64,000 nucleotides of DNA, taken from assembly GCA_002811645.1 (NCBI GenBank), contig PDIP01000046.1:1-64000 (forward strand), in the 5' to 3' direction. Source of the stretch: Corallochytrium limacisporum Hawaii. Lineage: Eukaryota; Protista; Pluriformea. Of this stretch, positions 56,501-64,000 are shown in pieces. The notes under the pieces are model-generated. The model saw only the letters and a program-made list of their open reading frames with translations. It did not search any database and was not told the origin of the DNA. Both the position numbers and the translations under genes were made by a program. Position 1 is the first letter of the stretch; each line of letters starts with the position of its first letter.

Positions 56501-59500
56501 CTCTATCCAACCAGATTGCTCGCTCTTAGGGTCCAGCTCATTCAAGAAGTCCAAAGTGTCCAAAAGCTTGGGTAGGACTTCGTTATTGTCGATGAAGTCG
56601 TCATCGGCATCTTCAATCACCATCTTCAGCCTGTGGTTCAACTTTGGTGGTGATTGCTCGTTTTCGAGGTATACAAGCCCGCCCACATCGAATGTCGCAG
56701 CTGACGCTATACTCTTTGATGCCAGTGACTTGTTCAACTTCAAAAACCCGGATCTGTTTGCAAGACTGCCGTCGTTCAGATAAGAAGACGACATATAATC
56801 TTCCGTTGCCGTAGGATCTGTCCCGCCCTCTGCGCCCGAGTTGACGCGGGGCCCCAGAGGCAATGTTATCTCTACAGCCGGCCCGAGAGCGCCTTCCAGG
56901 AGTTTCAACACCGCCTTGCCATCTCCTCCTATTAGGAGAGATGCAGGCACCTTTGGTCTGCTCTGAGTCTTTAAGAGAACTGAACAGAGGGCACGATAGG
57001 CACGTTGTTTGTACTTCAGAACCAGAAGATAGACATCCCTTCCTTCTTCATTCATTTCAGGCAACGGCTTGTCCTTGGAAGGGGTTAGCTCCTTAACTAA
57101 AGTTTTGGTTAATTCGGTCCCATCTCGTTGCTGTGTGCCCAGCATGGTGGCTGCAATTTCACTATGTCCACCGGCCAGATCTTCCTTCGGAAGACAATCG
57201 TATGCCACTTCGAGGAGCGTACACGTTGCTACAGCAATTTGAAGTGAAGGTGAATTTGTGTTGCTGATCGGTCTCAGGAAGCGGAGCAGTTGATGGCCCG
57301 CGCGGACAAAAAATTGGCGTAAAACTTCCACACTTACCAGCTGTGCAGCACTCAACAGGAGATTGCTAGCATACTGACGCATGATCACCGAAGTCTTGGT
57401 TTCCCTGAGTAGACCAAAGAGGGAGTCAAGAAGTTCCCCTTGCTTCTTTGGTGACATGAAAGGCACGCCTACTTTTGCTCGTGCTAACATATTGTTGTTC
57501 AGGTCCTCATTAGCCGCACGGAAGAAAGAAATGAAGTATGCGTTGAGGTTTTCTTGCTGGGGAGACACGAGCACAAAGTCTGTAAAGCCCGTGAAAGTCT
57601 TGATCAGCAATTGCTGGTCGTGATAACGCCATTCTCGGCTATTTGAAGGGATGTGTTGGGCTGCAAATCGTCGCATGCAACCAGAGAGTGATTCAATAAC
57701 ATGCTGGGTCCATGCCAGATCATGAATGCGATCGATGCATTCTCCGAGAGCTTTCAGACAGGGCAGAAGCTTTACTTTATCACTCAACGGTACCCTGTCA
57801 CTCGAAGCCTCCATGGCATTGATCAGCACGTCCAGAATCTCATTTCTTCCCTCTGATTTAATGATTGTGAGACTCACAGGATTCCACACAATGAAGCAGA
57901 TTTCGCAGAATAGCTCAAGAAGCTCAGTCACAACGTTAGTTGTGGCATGGTCCTCGGTGGCATGACTGATAGACTGCATGGTCACATTCGGTTTACTTCC
58001 AAGATGACTGAGGAACGAAGCCGCTCCAGGCCCCACAGTCTGTGCAGCATTGGCAATGCGAAGCACAACGGTCATGAACTCAGCGACGTGACCTGTGTCA
58101 TTGGAACTCCATAGACCGTTCATCATTGCGTCTGAGTTGTGCAAGACAAACTTTGCAATCGGGCGCCCGTGTCTTTGCATGACACTGTGGCCCCATGTCT
58201 GCCAGTTCTGCACAAAGGGTGTGATGATTGTGAGTGCGTGCATGTCAGCTCCAGACAAACAAATTTCAACCATATCTGTCAGGGATGCACGTTTCAGTGG
58301 CGATTGGTCGCTAGCACAGAGAGACCAAAGAGTTCCGAACTCTTCAATTGGTATGACCTCATTCGAGTCTTGCGCAGAGTGATCTGCGCTCCGCAGAAAG
58401 CGATGACCCTGGATAGCATTGTCAATGGAGCTGATCAAGTGTTTGTCCCATTGCATCAGAATGTCTAGGAGAGATAGATTGTAAGTCGAGAGAATCTTCA
58501 TGATGGATTCATGATGGATTTCTTTGAGTCCTCTCTTATTATGTGAGTCCTCCATCCAGTGCAAAGCTTCCCTGAGCGACTTTTCAATCTGCTTTCGGTC
58601 TTCACCGAGGAAATCTCCTGGAAAGTGAAAGGCCATATACACAAGATTTACTCCCAGACCGCTGACCAAGTTGTTCAGGTTATGCTCCAGGACCTGAAAA
58701 TCATCTACACCATGGAGCTGAACGTACATATAAAATGCGAAGAGCGTGTAGCAGTCACATTGCATGCTTGGAGGTTCATCCGATGATCCATTCCGAATGA
58801 GGCCAGCTGAGTTCATTACATATCTATATGCACTTTGCAGGAATGCATCAACCTCTTCCTTAATGATCATGTGCAAGTCATCCATCTTTGTCCGTTGGCC
58901 TGTGGTCAACCAGAATAAGATATGACCAACACGTGAGAGATCACTCTCCACAATCTTCAAGATGCTGCGAAGAGCCTCCATGTTTTCATTATTGCTGCGT
59001 ACCCACGGAAGTACTGCTGGCTCTCTCTTCTCCACCAAAGCTGTAAATTCCTTGATGATATGCATAGCCTCGTACCGAACCTGAATGTCTTCGTCTCCAA
59101 CGTACCCAAAAAGCCATCTGATGCAGTCATTCGCCGTGGCTGGGAACCGTCTCGGTGCCCTACGTCCCTTCAAATACCTGGAATCGATCAAAGTGTTCCT
59201 GTACTTCTTTGCTAGCTTCTTCATGATCTTCAAATTCCGCTCATGTTCACTTCTATACTCATGTCTGATTTCGGCACCGCAAGGCAGGCGATATGAAGTG
59301 AATACAGCTTCAAGGACCTCAAAGAAATAGCGATTTAGCAGAATAGTGGACCTTGCTAGAATTCTCAACAGGTATCCCACTGCAATTGAGGCACCCAGGC
59401 GACGATAGGCCTGGCTGTGACCCAAATTGAACGTCAAGCGCTGGAATATGCTCAGTTCATTGTTCTTTCGTGGAGCCTCGTCAGCATGCTCTCCTTCATT

Positions 59501-62500
59501 ACCAACAACGCTCCAGCGGACGAATTCTGCAATGATTCGGGCACAATATATGCGCTTTCTTCCATTTGTGCGGTCCGCAAGACCCACGAAAGTGGCGTCC
59601 AAGAACGCAGCGAGATCTGGCTCCTCATAGCGCCCTTCGGTGGCCAAGTACCTAACTTGCTGCATGATGTACGGTCCAAGAATCTGCCGTGCGACCACCT
59701 CATGGCTACAAGTGATGCCAATCAGGTCAATTAGATATCTGCGGTACAGCTGTGCCATTTTTTCTCGACCACTGCTTGAGTGAGATCGGCGAATGTGGGC
59801 CAACACAAACACAGCATGAAGAACCTCGCAGGAAGCGATCCGGGCTTGTCGGCTACCGGAGTCCTTTGCAGCTCGGACCAAGTGCGGCAGAACATGATTC
59901 AGATCCAGATGAAGTTCATAGTCCTCCACGTCGAGAGGTAGTCTGTACGTGATTGGCTCAGTCAATGTAAACTCTAGCATTGGGATGCGATCAGCGCTAG
60001 CTTCCGCAATACCATAAACCAGAGTGCTCCTCGCCCCGGCAATGATTGACATGACGCGTCTTTGCAACTGGACACGCGGAGAATCGAACCGTGTCGATAT
60101 GACGGATCCGTCAAAATCTGCCTGTCCCTTCTTGCGGTTAAACACGGCTCGTCCGGGTAAATTGTCTTTCTGAATCGTTCCCTCATGCCTAGTATCTGCT
60201 CTAGAGTCCAGAAACTTGCCAAAGACTGGTGCAAGATGCTCCAACTCCTTTTCATAAACATCGGGAGGTAAAAAGTTCCTCCACTTTGCCAGTGCGTCAA
60301 GTGCTTCAAACCCAAAGCTGGGATCGTTAAGCCCATGATCAAGAGAAATACCTGCCGCGTAAAAAATTTGTCCGACGACGCCGTAAGCTGCTTTTTGGGG
60401 AATAGCAAGAAGCATGCGCATACAGTTGCGCATAAGCACGCCCTCATACAAGTTCAAATGCTGTAGAGCAATACTGATGCTGTCAACGACTAAGGACAGA
60501 TTCTCCTTCTTTTCAATCTCTGTTTTGGAGCACTCATTCGTAGCTGCCCTCAAGAAGATTTTCTCCAGCATATCGTAATATCCAGCAATGTGGGGCGTCT
60601 TCTGCATCATATTGATGCAGTGCTTGAGAATGTATGGCAACCATGAACGAAAGAGCTCGTCGTCAGAGTCCTTGATCATCGCGTTCGTGACCCAGACCAC
60701 GTTCTCAAAGACTGCAAAGTCGAGCGGGTTTTGCGGTCTCACTTCAAGCTCAAAGTCTAAAAAGTCCGAGGCCAGCACACGCACGGTGGCTGAGTCTTCG
60801 TCAGGCTCTTCATCATCTTTGGGTGGCGACACCCAGGTTTGTTGTTCTTCTCCATTCGGTGCTGCCTCTACATGGGCCTTCGGCTTCTCTTCGTGTTCTT
60901 CGTCCTTTCCGTGTTCATTCTTGATATCCAAAGTGAGATCTAAGTGCTCTAGAATCTCCATCAGATTCTCCATAAAGAATCCGAAGATACATGATGCAGT
61001 CTCTGGATGACTTTTCGATCTGACAACACGGTCCACGAAGTCCCTGTATACAATCTGTGAGGATGTCAGTCCACTGAGCGCGGCATCTGCCTGTGTTTGG
61101 TACCTCAAGTCTGCAATGTCTAGGGAAGCATTATCATTGTGATCACGGCAGACAATGTGGTAGACTGCTTGATAAGCAAGACTTCGAGCGTATGGCGCCA
61201 GATTCTGCCGAGGATGATTCAACATAGCATCAAACAATTCCTTGGCTGCAGCAGTGACCTGAGATCGCACAACTTGCTGCATTGATGTCAGATGGCTAAT
61301 TGTGAGTAAAGTGAACTCATTCAAGAATTGCAGACGTGAATGATCAACGGGCTCAAGTTCTTGGAACATTTTTGTCAGCGTCATTAGGAAAACGGGAGCT
61401 TCATCGAGGATCTCACTGTCTTGCAAGCGTCTCGACATGAACAACTTATTACAGTTTTCTTGAACGGCATCGTACAAATGCTTGAGGCTTCGCTGACCGG
61501 CGTGATGATGATAGGCTTTTGCAAAGTACCCAAACCCTTCGACCGCTATGATGCGCAATTGTTGGCTGAACGACTTCTCTGTTGTTTTCAAGAACATGGT
61601 CTTGAAATTTTGCAAGAAATACTCCACCATCTTGTTATAATCCTCATCAGTCATTGAATCAGGCCTTTCCTCTTGAGATAGAGTTTTCAGAAGCTCTGCC
61701 ACGGCATGCATAGTGATAATTTTCACTTCACGATTTACGGATGTCAACCACTGATGAAAGCAAGAAAACAAGGGATCATATTGCCCACAGAGGATGTCAT
61801 GGAAAATGCTCACATGATGAGAGATGAATGTCAGAACCGCTTTTGGTAGATGATACCTGGTATATACTCCAGGATCATGCTGCAAAACCCGCAGACATAC
61901 GGAAAAGATGGCGTCCTTCTCCTTTGGCCGCTGTTGTAGTACATGTGGAAAGCTAAAGCAGTAGTTTGTGAGTCCCTTGAACGATCCCGTGCATTCCTGC
62001 GATTCTTCACCCTTGATAATGTTCTTACCCTGCAGACCTTGAACTAAAATCGTGAGCAACCGATGTTCATTACCATCAGCCTGCTGTTGTACGAATTGCG
62101 GGGCGTACCTTGCGAAGATACCGAGCAGCTCTAGGATTGTGGCCCGGACACTTCCCTTAACTTTGCTGTCATAATAGGCTTCATACTGCTGAGCATACAA
62201 CTTGTCGAGGGATACCTCAGCCCCGAACTTGGAAAATTGACGCTGGTTGGTCAGAAACCACTCAATGCACTCTATGCACGCTACCCGTATAGTCGCTTGC
62301 TGCGACTTGTGGAACAATGTAAACACTGTGGTCTCAATCTCATACAGGTACACGCTTATTGTTCTTGGTCCCAGTGTCTGCATACAATGTAGAAGTGTGG
62401 TGAGGCCTTGACGCACGTTCATTATCCGTCCTTCACTGGCATTGCTGGAAGCAGCTTCGATGTATGTCAGAAGTCCCGTACTTGCATCGAACAGGGCTGT

Positions 62501-62668
62501 CGACAATGCATCTCCGTACGCTGAGCTAGCCGCTTGCTGCACGGCCTCATAGACAGTGTCCAGAAGGAGTTCAATTTCGTGGGCCGATTGGGGCAACAGT
62601 GAGCTGGTACCATTGTTAAGGTCTACAAGGGCTACTTGCAACTCCTGCACACTCTTCTCTAGTGCCAT
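50513..62668 (-). CDS. PRKDC: DNA-dependent protein kinase catalytic subunit, intronless
   Basis: About 4050 aa. PIKK kinase motifs KAGEDMRIDERI, GIGDRH and IGIDFGHAF; FATC ending ILGRTWPGWEPWV is diagnostic for DNA-PKcs. First ATG is at 62668 (the ORF track start at 62719 is GTG). Confidence 0.96.
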   Translation of the reverse strand: MALEKSVQELQVALVDLNNGTSSLLPQSAHEIELLLDTVYEAVQQAASSAYGDALSTALFDASTGLLTYIEAASSNASEGRIMNVRQGLTTLLHCMQTLGPRTISVYLYEIETTVFTLFHKSQQATIRVACIECIEWFLTNQRQFSKFGAEVSLDKLYAQQYEAYYDSKVKGSVRATILELLGIFARYAPQFVQQQADGNEHRLLTILVQGLQGKNIIKGEESQECTGSFKGLTNYCFSFPHVLQQRPKEKDAIFSVCLRVLQHDPGVYTRYHLPKAVLTFISHHVSIFHDILCGQYDPLFSCFHQWLTSVNREVKIITMHAVAELLKTLSQEERPDSMTDEDYNKMVEYFLQNFKTMFLKTTEKSFSQQLRIIAVEGFGYFAKAYHHHAGQRSLKHLYDAVQENCNKLFMSRRLQDSEILDEAPVFLMTLTKMFQELEPVDHSRLQFLNEFTLLTISHLTSMQQVVRSQVTAAAKELFDAMLNHPRQNLAPYARSLAYQAVYHIVCRDHNDNASLDIADLRYQTQADAALSGLTSSQIVYRDFVDRVVRSKSHPETASCIFGFFMENLMEILEHLDLTLDIKNEHGKDEEHEEKPKAHVEAAPNGEEQQTWVSPPKDDEEPDEDSATVRVLASDFLDFELEVRPQNPLDFAVFENVVWVTNAMIKDSDDELFRSWLPYILKHCINMMQKTPHIAGYYDMLEKIFLRAATNECSKTEIEKKENLSLVVDSISIALQHLNLYEGVLMRNCMRMLLAIPQKAAYGVVGQIFYAAGISLDHGLNDPSFGFEALDALAKWRNFLPPDVYEKELEHLAPVFGKFLDSRADTRHEGTIQKDNLPGRAVFNRKKGQADFDGSVISTRFDSPRVQLQRRVMSIIAGARSTLVYGIAEASADRIPMLEFTLTEPITYRLPLDVEDYELHLDLNHVLPHLVRAAKDSGSRQARIASCEVLHAVFVLAHIRRSHSSSGREKMAQLYRRYLIDLIGITCSHEVVARQILGPYIMQQVRYLATEGRYEEPDLAAFLDATFVGLADRTNGRKRIYCARIIAEFVRWSVVGNEGEHADEAPRKNNELSIFQRLTFNLGHSQAYRRLGASIAVGYLLRILARSTILLNRYFFEVLEAVFTSYRLPCGAEIRHEYRSEHERNLKIMKKLAKKYRNTLIDSRYLKGRRAPRRFPATANDCIRWLFGYVGDEDIQVRYEAMHIIKEFTALVEKREPAVLPWVRSNNENMEALRSILKIVESDLSRVGHILFWLTTGQRTKMDDLHMIIKEEVDAFLQSAYRYVMNSAGLIRNGSSDEPPSMQCDCYTLFAFYMYVQLHGVDDFQVLEHNLNNLVSGLGVNLVYMAFHFPGDFLGEDRKQIEKSLREALHWMEDSHNKRGLKEIHHESIMKILSTYNLSLLDILMQWDKHLISSIDNAIQGHRFLRSADHSAQDSNEVIPIEEFGTLWSLCASDQSPLKRASLTDMVEICLSGADMHALTIITPFVQNWQTWGHSVMQRHGRPIAKFVLHNSDAMMNGLWSSNDTGHVAEFMTVVLRIANAAQTVGPGAASFLSHLGSKPNVTMQSISHATEDHATTNVVTELLELFCEICFIVWNPVSLTIIKSEGRNEILDVLINAMEASSDRVPLSDKVKLLPCLKALGECIDRIHDLAWTQHVIESLSGCMRRFAAQHIPSNSREWRYHDQQLLIKTFTGFTDFVLVSPQQENLNAYFISFFRAANEDLNNNMLARAKVGVPFMSPKKQGELLDSLFGLLRETKTSVIMRQYASNLLLSAAQLVSVEVLRQFFVRAGHQLLRFLRPISNTNSPSLQIAVATCTLLEVAYDCLPKEDLAGGHSEIAATMLGTQQRDGTELTKTLVKELTPSKDKPLPEMNEEGRDVYLLVLKYKQRAYRALCSVLLKTQSRPKVPASLLIGGDGKAVLKLLEGALGPAVEITLPLGPRVNSGAEGGTDPTATEDYMSSSYLNDGSLANRSGFLKLNKSLASKSIASAATFDVGGLVYLENEQSPPKLNHRLKMVIEDADDDFIDNNEVLPKLLDTLDFLNELDPKSEQSGWIEKLLEAFDLALNQDSPAMFYIAKLVRHRSSYFRSHSSQWGERISQFLLRSKLLPLSLSLLAMDLLLILLDWGYVPEDHVAQDVVRYYSRNFFINNQRLLSQRLETLRAVMERWGGRVRVTWADVKDNFKPDKPQTKLENVAALNVLDCFFTNQCFHVVSLEEILSSLMKTFDELLASSKVVYKAAAEACGAFLRMLDDTDRWGIALELITRFTASWQTGRPTPRYIQDPDRFVEIVHLMSKRIPKMVTHNLFVLVDESYSKIASSGGREKAVLIFSNCFDREPVLETVRLKGLLKVLEIKNDGMQHALLVFFKRAAQPPVDNEDMMDDEDSARVSPLGAWPSLPELLKIMRTTFPKHPSQRCRQLHYQILQTLYDTCLGIKAVIWQDLLQSFRDDDTDVRFDAYEWFHRQLPKTLPHRLQTSMSTFYLPSMSDTYIASVINEALAVCQHSSKYAKAIADGIMDSHSEHGRAMRSLHDVHNGTLLNSFAPFGMSQQFSQQNTLKMVPLLPNTPSLNTATGSFGIFGSMTNVSLGNIGGASNSNQREDVLSRSLGSDRLRSIYSNTFSHKNDMNLDGEGDLVKTSKRDHDSRLHSRLAIRRRNQRILLRLAMKRGEHNRITVFGDYSAGNFPDESIPHRNMIAPLQSLCQQDPVIAQILFVEICKAVLKAGENDGSVLNGRALELARTIKDVLSTVHSTDQIVPGPMAQLAADYPKFIRGDLQFSHANNAGSRASCILALEESLLQQSPTDKPEPKRRKKEESLSHVADKYVQLAAFYQHVDEVDVVQSLFHVQDATTHQATKDAIGFENRNHLCKAHNKWVEALNKAESDTTFLTAEIDYIEDKVLSGMKDLGEWFQLTKYLANQADPEKHIFDRPELLPDFTYVGAMYRLMGGKNTRVLESVQKILEAYQRSDQWHYTESEIAEQLMLLDLSKLNFSMAQVHAQTHQLRIQQTWTSLHPHMMMQRAHLLMDLQLSEDVTSMITQAFRLSSGRQVPPDFFDFLANARDQNFPLQHQLRRFTVLKGILSRVAATQEDGLSEEDLEVLGARHLFILQSLQRAFPMVDQHALGLSLMRNAAQESDVHKVTLILKQNQDLLLSQPQSRMRVGLMFIQTLVSAVSVDAAVVDDLKLSYRRLLEAVSYPSLGELDHADDLFSALKILNTLAINPEVAALKIFANQTFPDVNLTSPGWSDHVKSEWHRCMQLCESGEDRMDGVDGGVETSLFDVHMEYALFWYKLSRTKGRSDELKDADIGPVVISHILKSIALFSDGEWGGVSRHGRGQCVQSVAPYEFIPLLLKTCMKSSKSRKIFADEWRQVPAYRFLDWIPQLIVLLGNPLMRDIVSQVVKVLAVQYPQAVFFPFKATWSQGEGGNREPHRDEHLVEIEEKLDIYPILRQFHHALLRSSGPRHRFRIWLDHVQEALLNFRKNCGVTGEARWSARVPFDLLRGLLWELEESLTVDKTASVSPQETKFWEDTIEKIWQQVNTALPSSTIEGGMEFRSAVRALGALRDWSARLEDPVSLRQLSGFFNYDGSDPFAAKIDIPGQYHSSGVPDPRSIVTVHRFDTRLRFMPSLMRPFKFGIVGSDEREYNFLLKAGEDMRIDERILQLLRIMDSRLKDSQLCRERGLTLKTYAVHPLSSQIGLIEFIDKVQELKPFILSDCTEEEHKVATRELPQRAHTAFMGHRKNNKHVLFNYVERTDEDVRSLQENLTKRMPRNLLRRALRRGVTCPEAYVMTASVMSRSYATMCIAHYLLGIGDRHLGNTMVSKIDGRMIGIDFGHAFDSAIVNLGVPELMPFRFTDQIEHMNAPLTREAYLVPAMCHTLEVFRRDPTVVLSIMDLYASDPLFKNTGRHRKRVAQDLSLSETSTDNGQQQNGGLVRANDVLNDTEPRVHDTTVIFEETISEDVRMRFDAPRLKMQGYHPMRMARMLVKQNVHAAEHFDHVRRPLDELLTQMKREGKSENFLGPVKQLDCLITLATDSGILGRTWPGWEPWV

Positions 62669-63297
62669 ACTGTCGGGGTTGAGATCTTGATCATCTCTGT
62701 CCAAGGTCTTTCTTCCCACCGGAGGGAGTCTGTTTCCGCCTACAAGTTTCGATTCGGGAGCGTACGCGCATCTACAAACTTGTCAGAGTTGCTGATATAG
62801 TGGTACACCGTCCTGAATCTCTTTGCGGACAAGAATACGAAGAAGTTGTCAATTCTGTTTCTATGGTCGTAAATTCGACCCGGCACTGATCGAACCAACC
62901 CCAATGTCATATAGCTCATCGCCACATACCTCTTCATTATCAATAAATGGTTGCACATCAACATCATAGACAGTCCCTCTAAGCCACCCCTAAGGATGTG
63001 ACCATCTCAATGTACATCAGCTTCACAAGAAGAGTCCGAACGGAATCTGCTCAGCACAAACAGCAGATAAAACCCCCCCTTCCCCCGGGGGGGGGTCCGG
63101 GTCACCCTGCGGTCATTCCTCATCCAACGACGAGTGTTCAGTGGAGATGACCGCGATCCATCCCTCTTTGCTGGGGCAAGCCACTGACTGGCCTGTCAGT
63201 TTGTTGACTCGGCCGGCAGGGTTAGATTTCGTACATTTACGAGCCATTCCTACAAACTTCTGCCGCACTCTCCCCCCTTTCGGAGCCCCCCTCCCCC

Positions 63298-63523
63298 NNN
63301 NNNNNNNNNNNNNNNNNNNNNNNNNNNNNNNNNNNNNNNNNNNNNNNNNNNNNNNNNNNNNNNNNNNNNNNNNNNNNNNNNNNNNNNNNNNNNNNNNNNN
63401 NNNNNNNNNNNNNNNNNNNNNNNNNNNNNNNNNNNNNNNNNNNNNNNNNNNNNNNNNNNNNNNNNNNNNNNNNNNNNNNNNNNNNNNNNNNNNNNNNNNN
63501 NNNNNNNNNNNNNNNNNNNNNNN
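63298..63523. other. Assembly gap (226 N) flanked by a C-run on the left and a G-run on the right
   Basis: Read directly from the sequence. Confidence 0.99.
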
Positions 63524-64000
63524 NGGGGGGGGGGGGGGAGGGGGAGGATTTGGGGAGGATTTTTCTGTGGGGAGACCGGGGATGGATTTTAGCCTCGACA
63601 CCCCGCTCGCCACTCGGAGATTTAGTTTTATCCTTTGGTGAACGCCTCGAACTCTCGGCCTTCCCTTCGTGACGGGCGGGGGTCGCGCTCATCGGCACGG
63701 AGTCATCCCAGAAGGGGTATCTCAAGACCCTGTTCCAACATGAAAGTGGTTGGTTTGATCCCTTTAGAGTTTACACGCCTTTCGCTAGAGCGGCCCATTT
63801 CAGAAACGATACCCCGATGGGACCGTGTAGAAATTTTTCAATGGCGTAAAAAGGAAGAAGGGATTCGCTAACACCAGGAGATCCAACGCGGTCGATTACT
63901 GGGGTTTGATAGTAGACCCTCCGATATTTCTCGCTCCTTCTCTCGATATCTCTGATCATTCTGCCCATCGTGACGGCATCCACCTGTCTCATTTATCGCT

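Overview
This is the left end of a eukaryotic chromosome. Three TAACCC (TTAGGG-type) telomere repeats run straight into a gene-dense and almost intron-free region. It holds 19 credible protein genes: a 2OG-Fe(II) oxygenase, SRP receptor alpha, Grx5, a bacterial PqqL-type M16 peptidase, DPH5, an ABC1/ADCK kinase, RPB11, an RBPMS/MEC-8-like RRM protein, CAMTA, a CHD6-9-type remodeller, an orphan acidic protein, two tandem HSF-domain factors, ITPA, a Cid1/mtPAP-like nucleotidyltransferase, a UBL-WLM protease, HINT, calmodulin and a 12-kb intronless DNA-PKcs. Only one intron is well supported, in calmodulin. The gene content suggests an intron-poor unicellular opisthokont, probably a holozoan; a Corallochytrium-like organism is my unverified inference. 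Top leads: (1) HINT ends in the UGA-CUAG readthrough motif, and readthrough adds a PTS1-like -GRL tail. (2) The 520-aa orphan has six RVxF-type and two SILK-type PP1-docking motifs plus a novel repeat. (3) One HSF paralog has a 59-codon Q-rich in-frame continuation behind its stop. (4) The bacterial-type M16 peptidase has both a mitochondrial-type presequence and a C-terminal -AKL. (5) C-tract/CCGG/G-tract palindromes recur in promoter-side intergenic regions. I recognised no rRNA, tRNA, snRNA, transposon or CRISPR array. All assignments are by eye from motifs; no searches were run.
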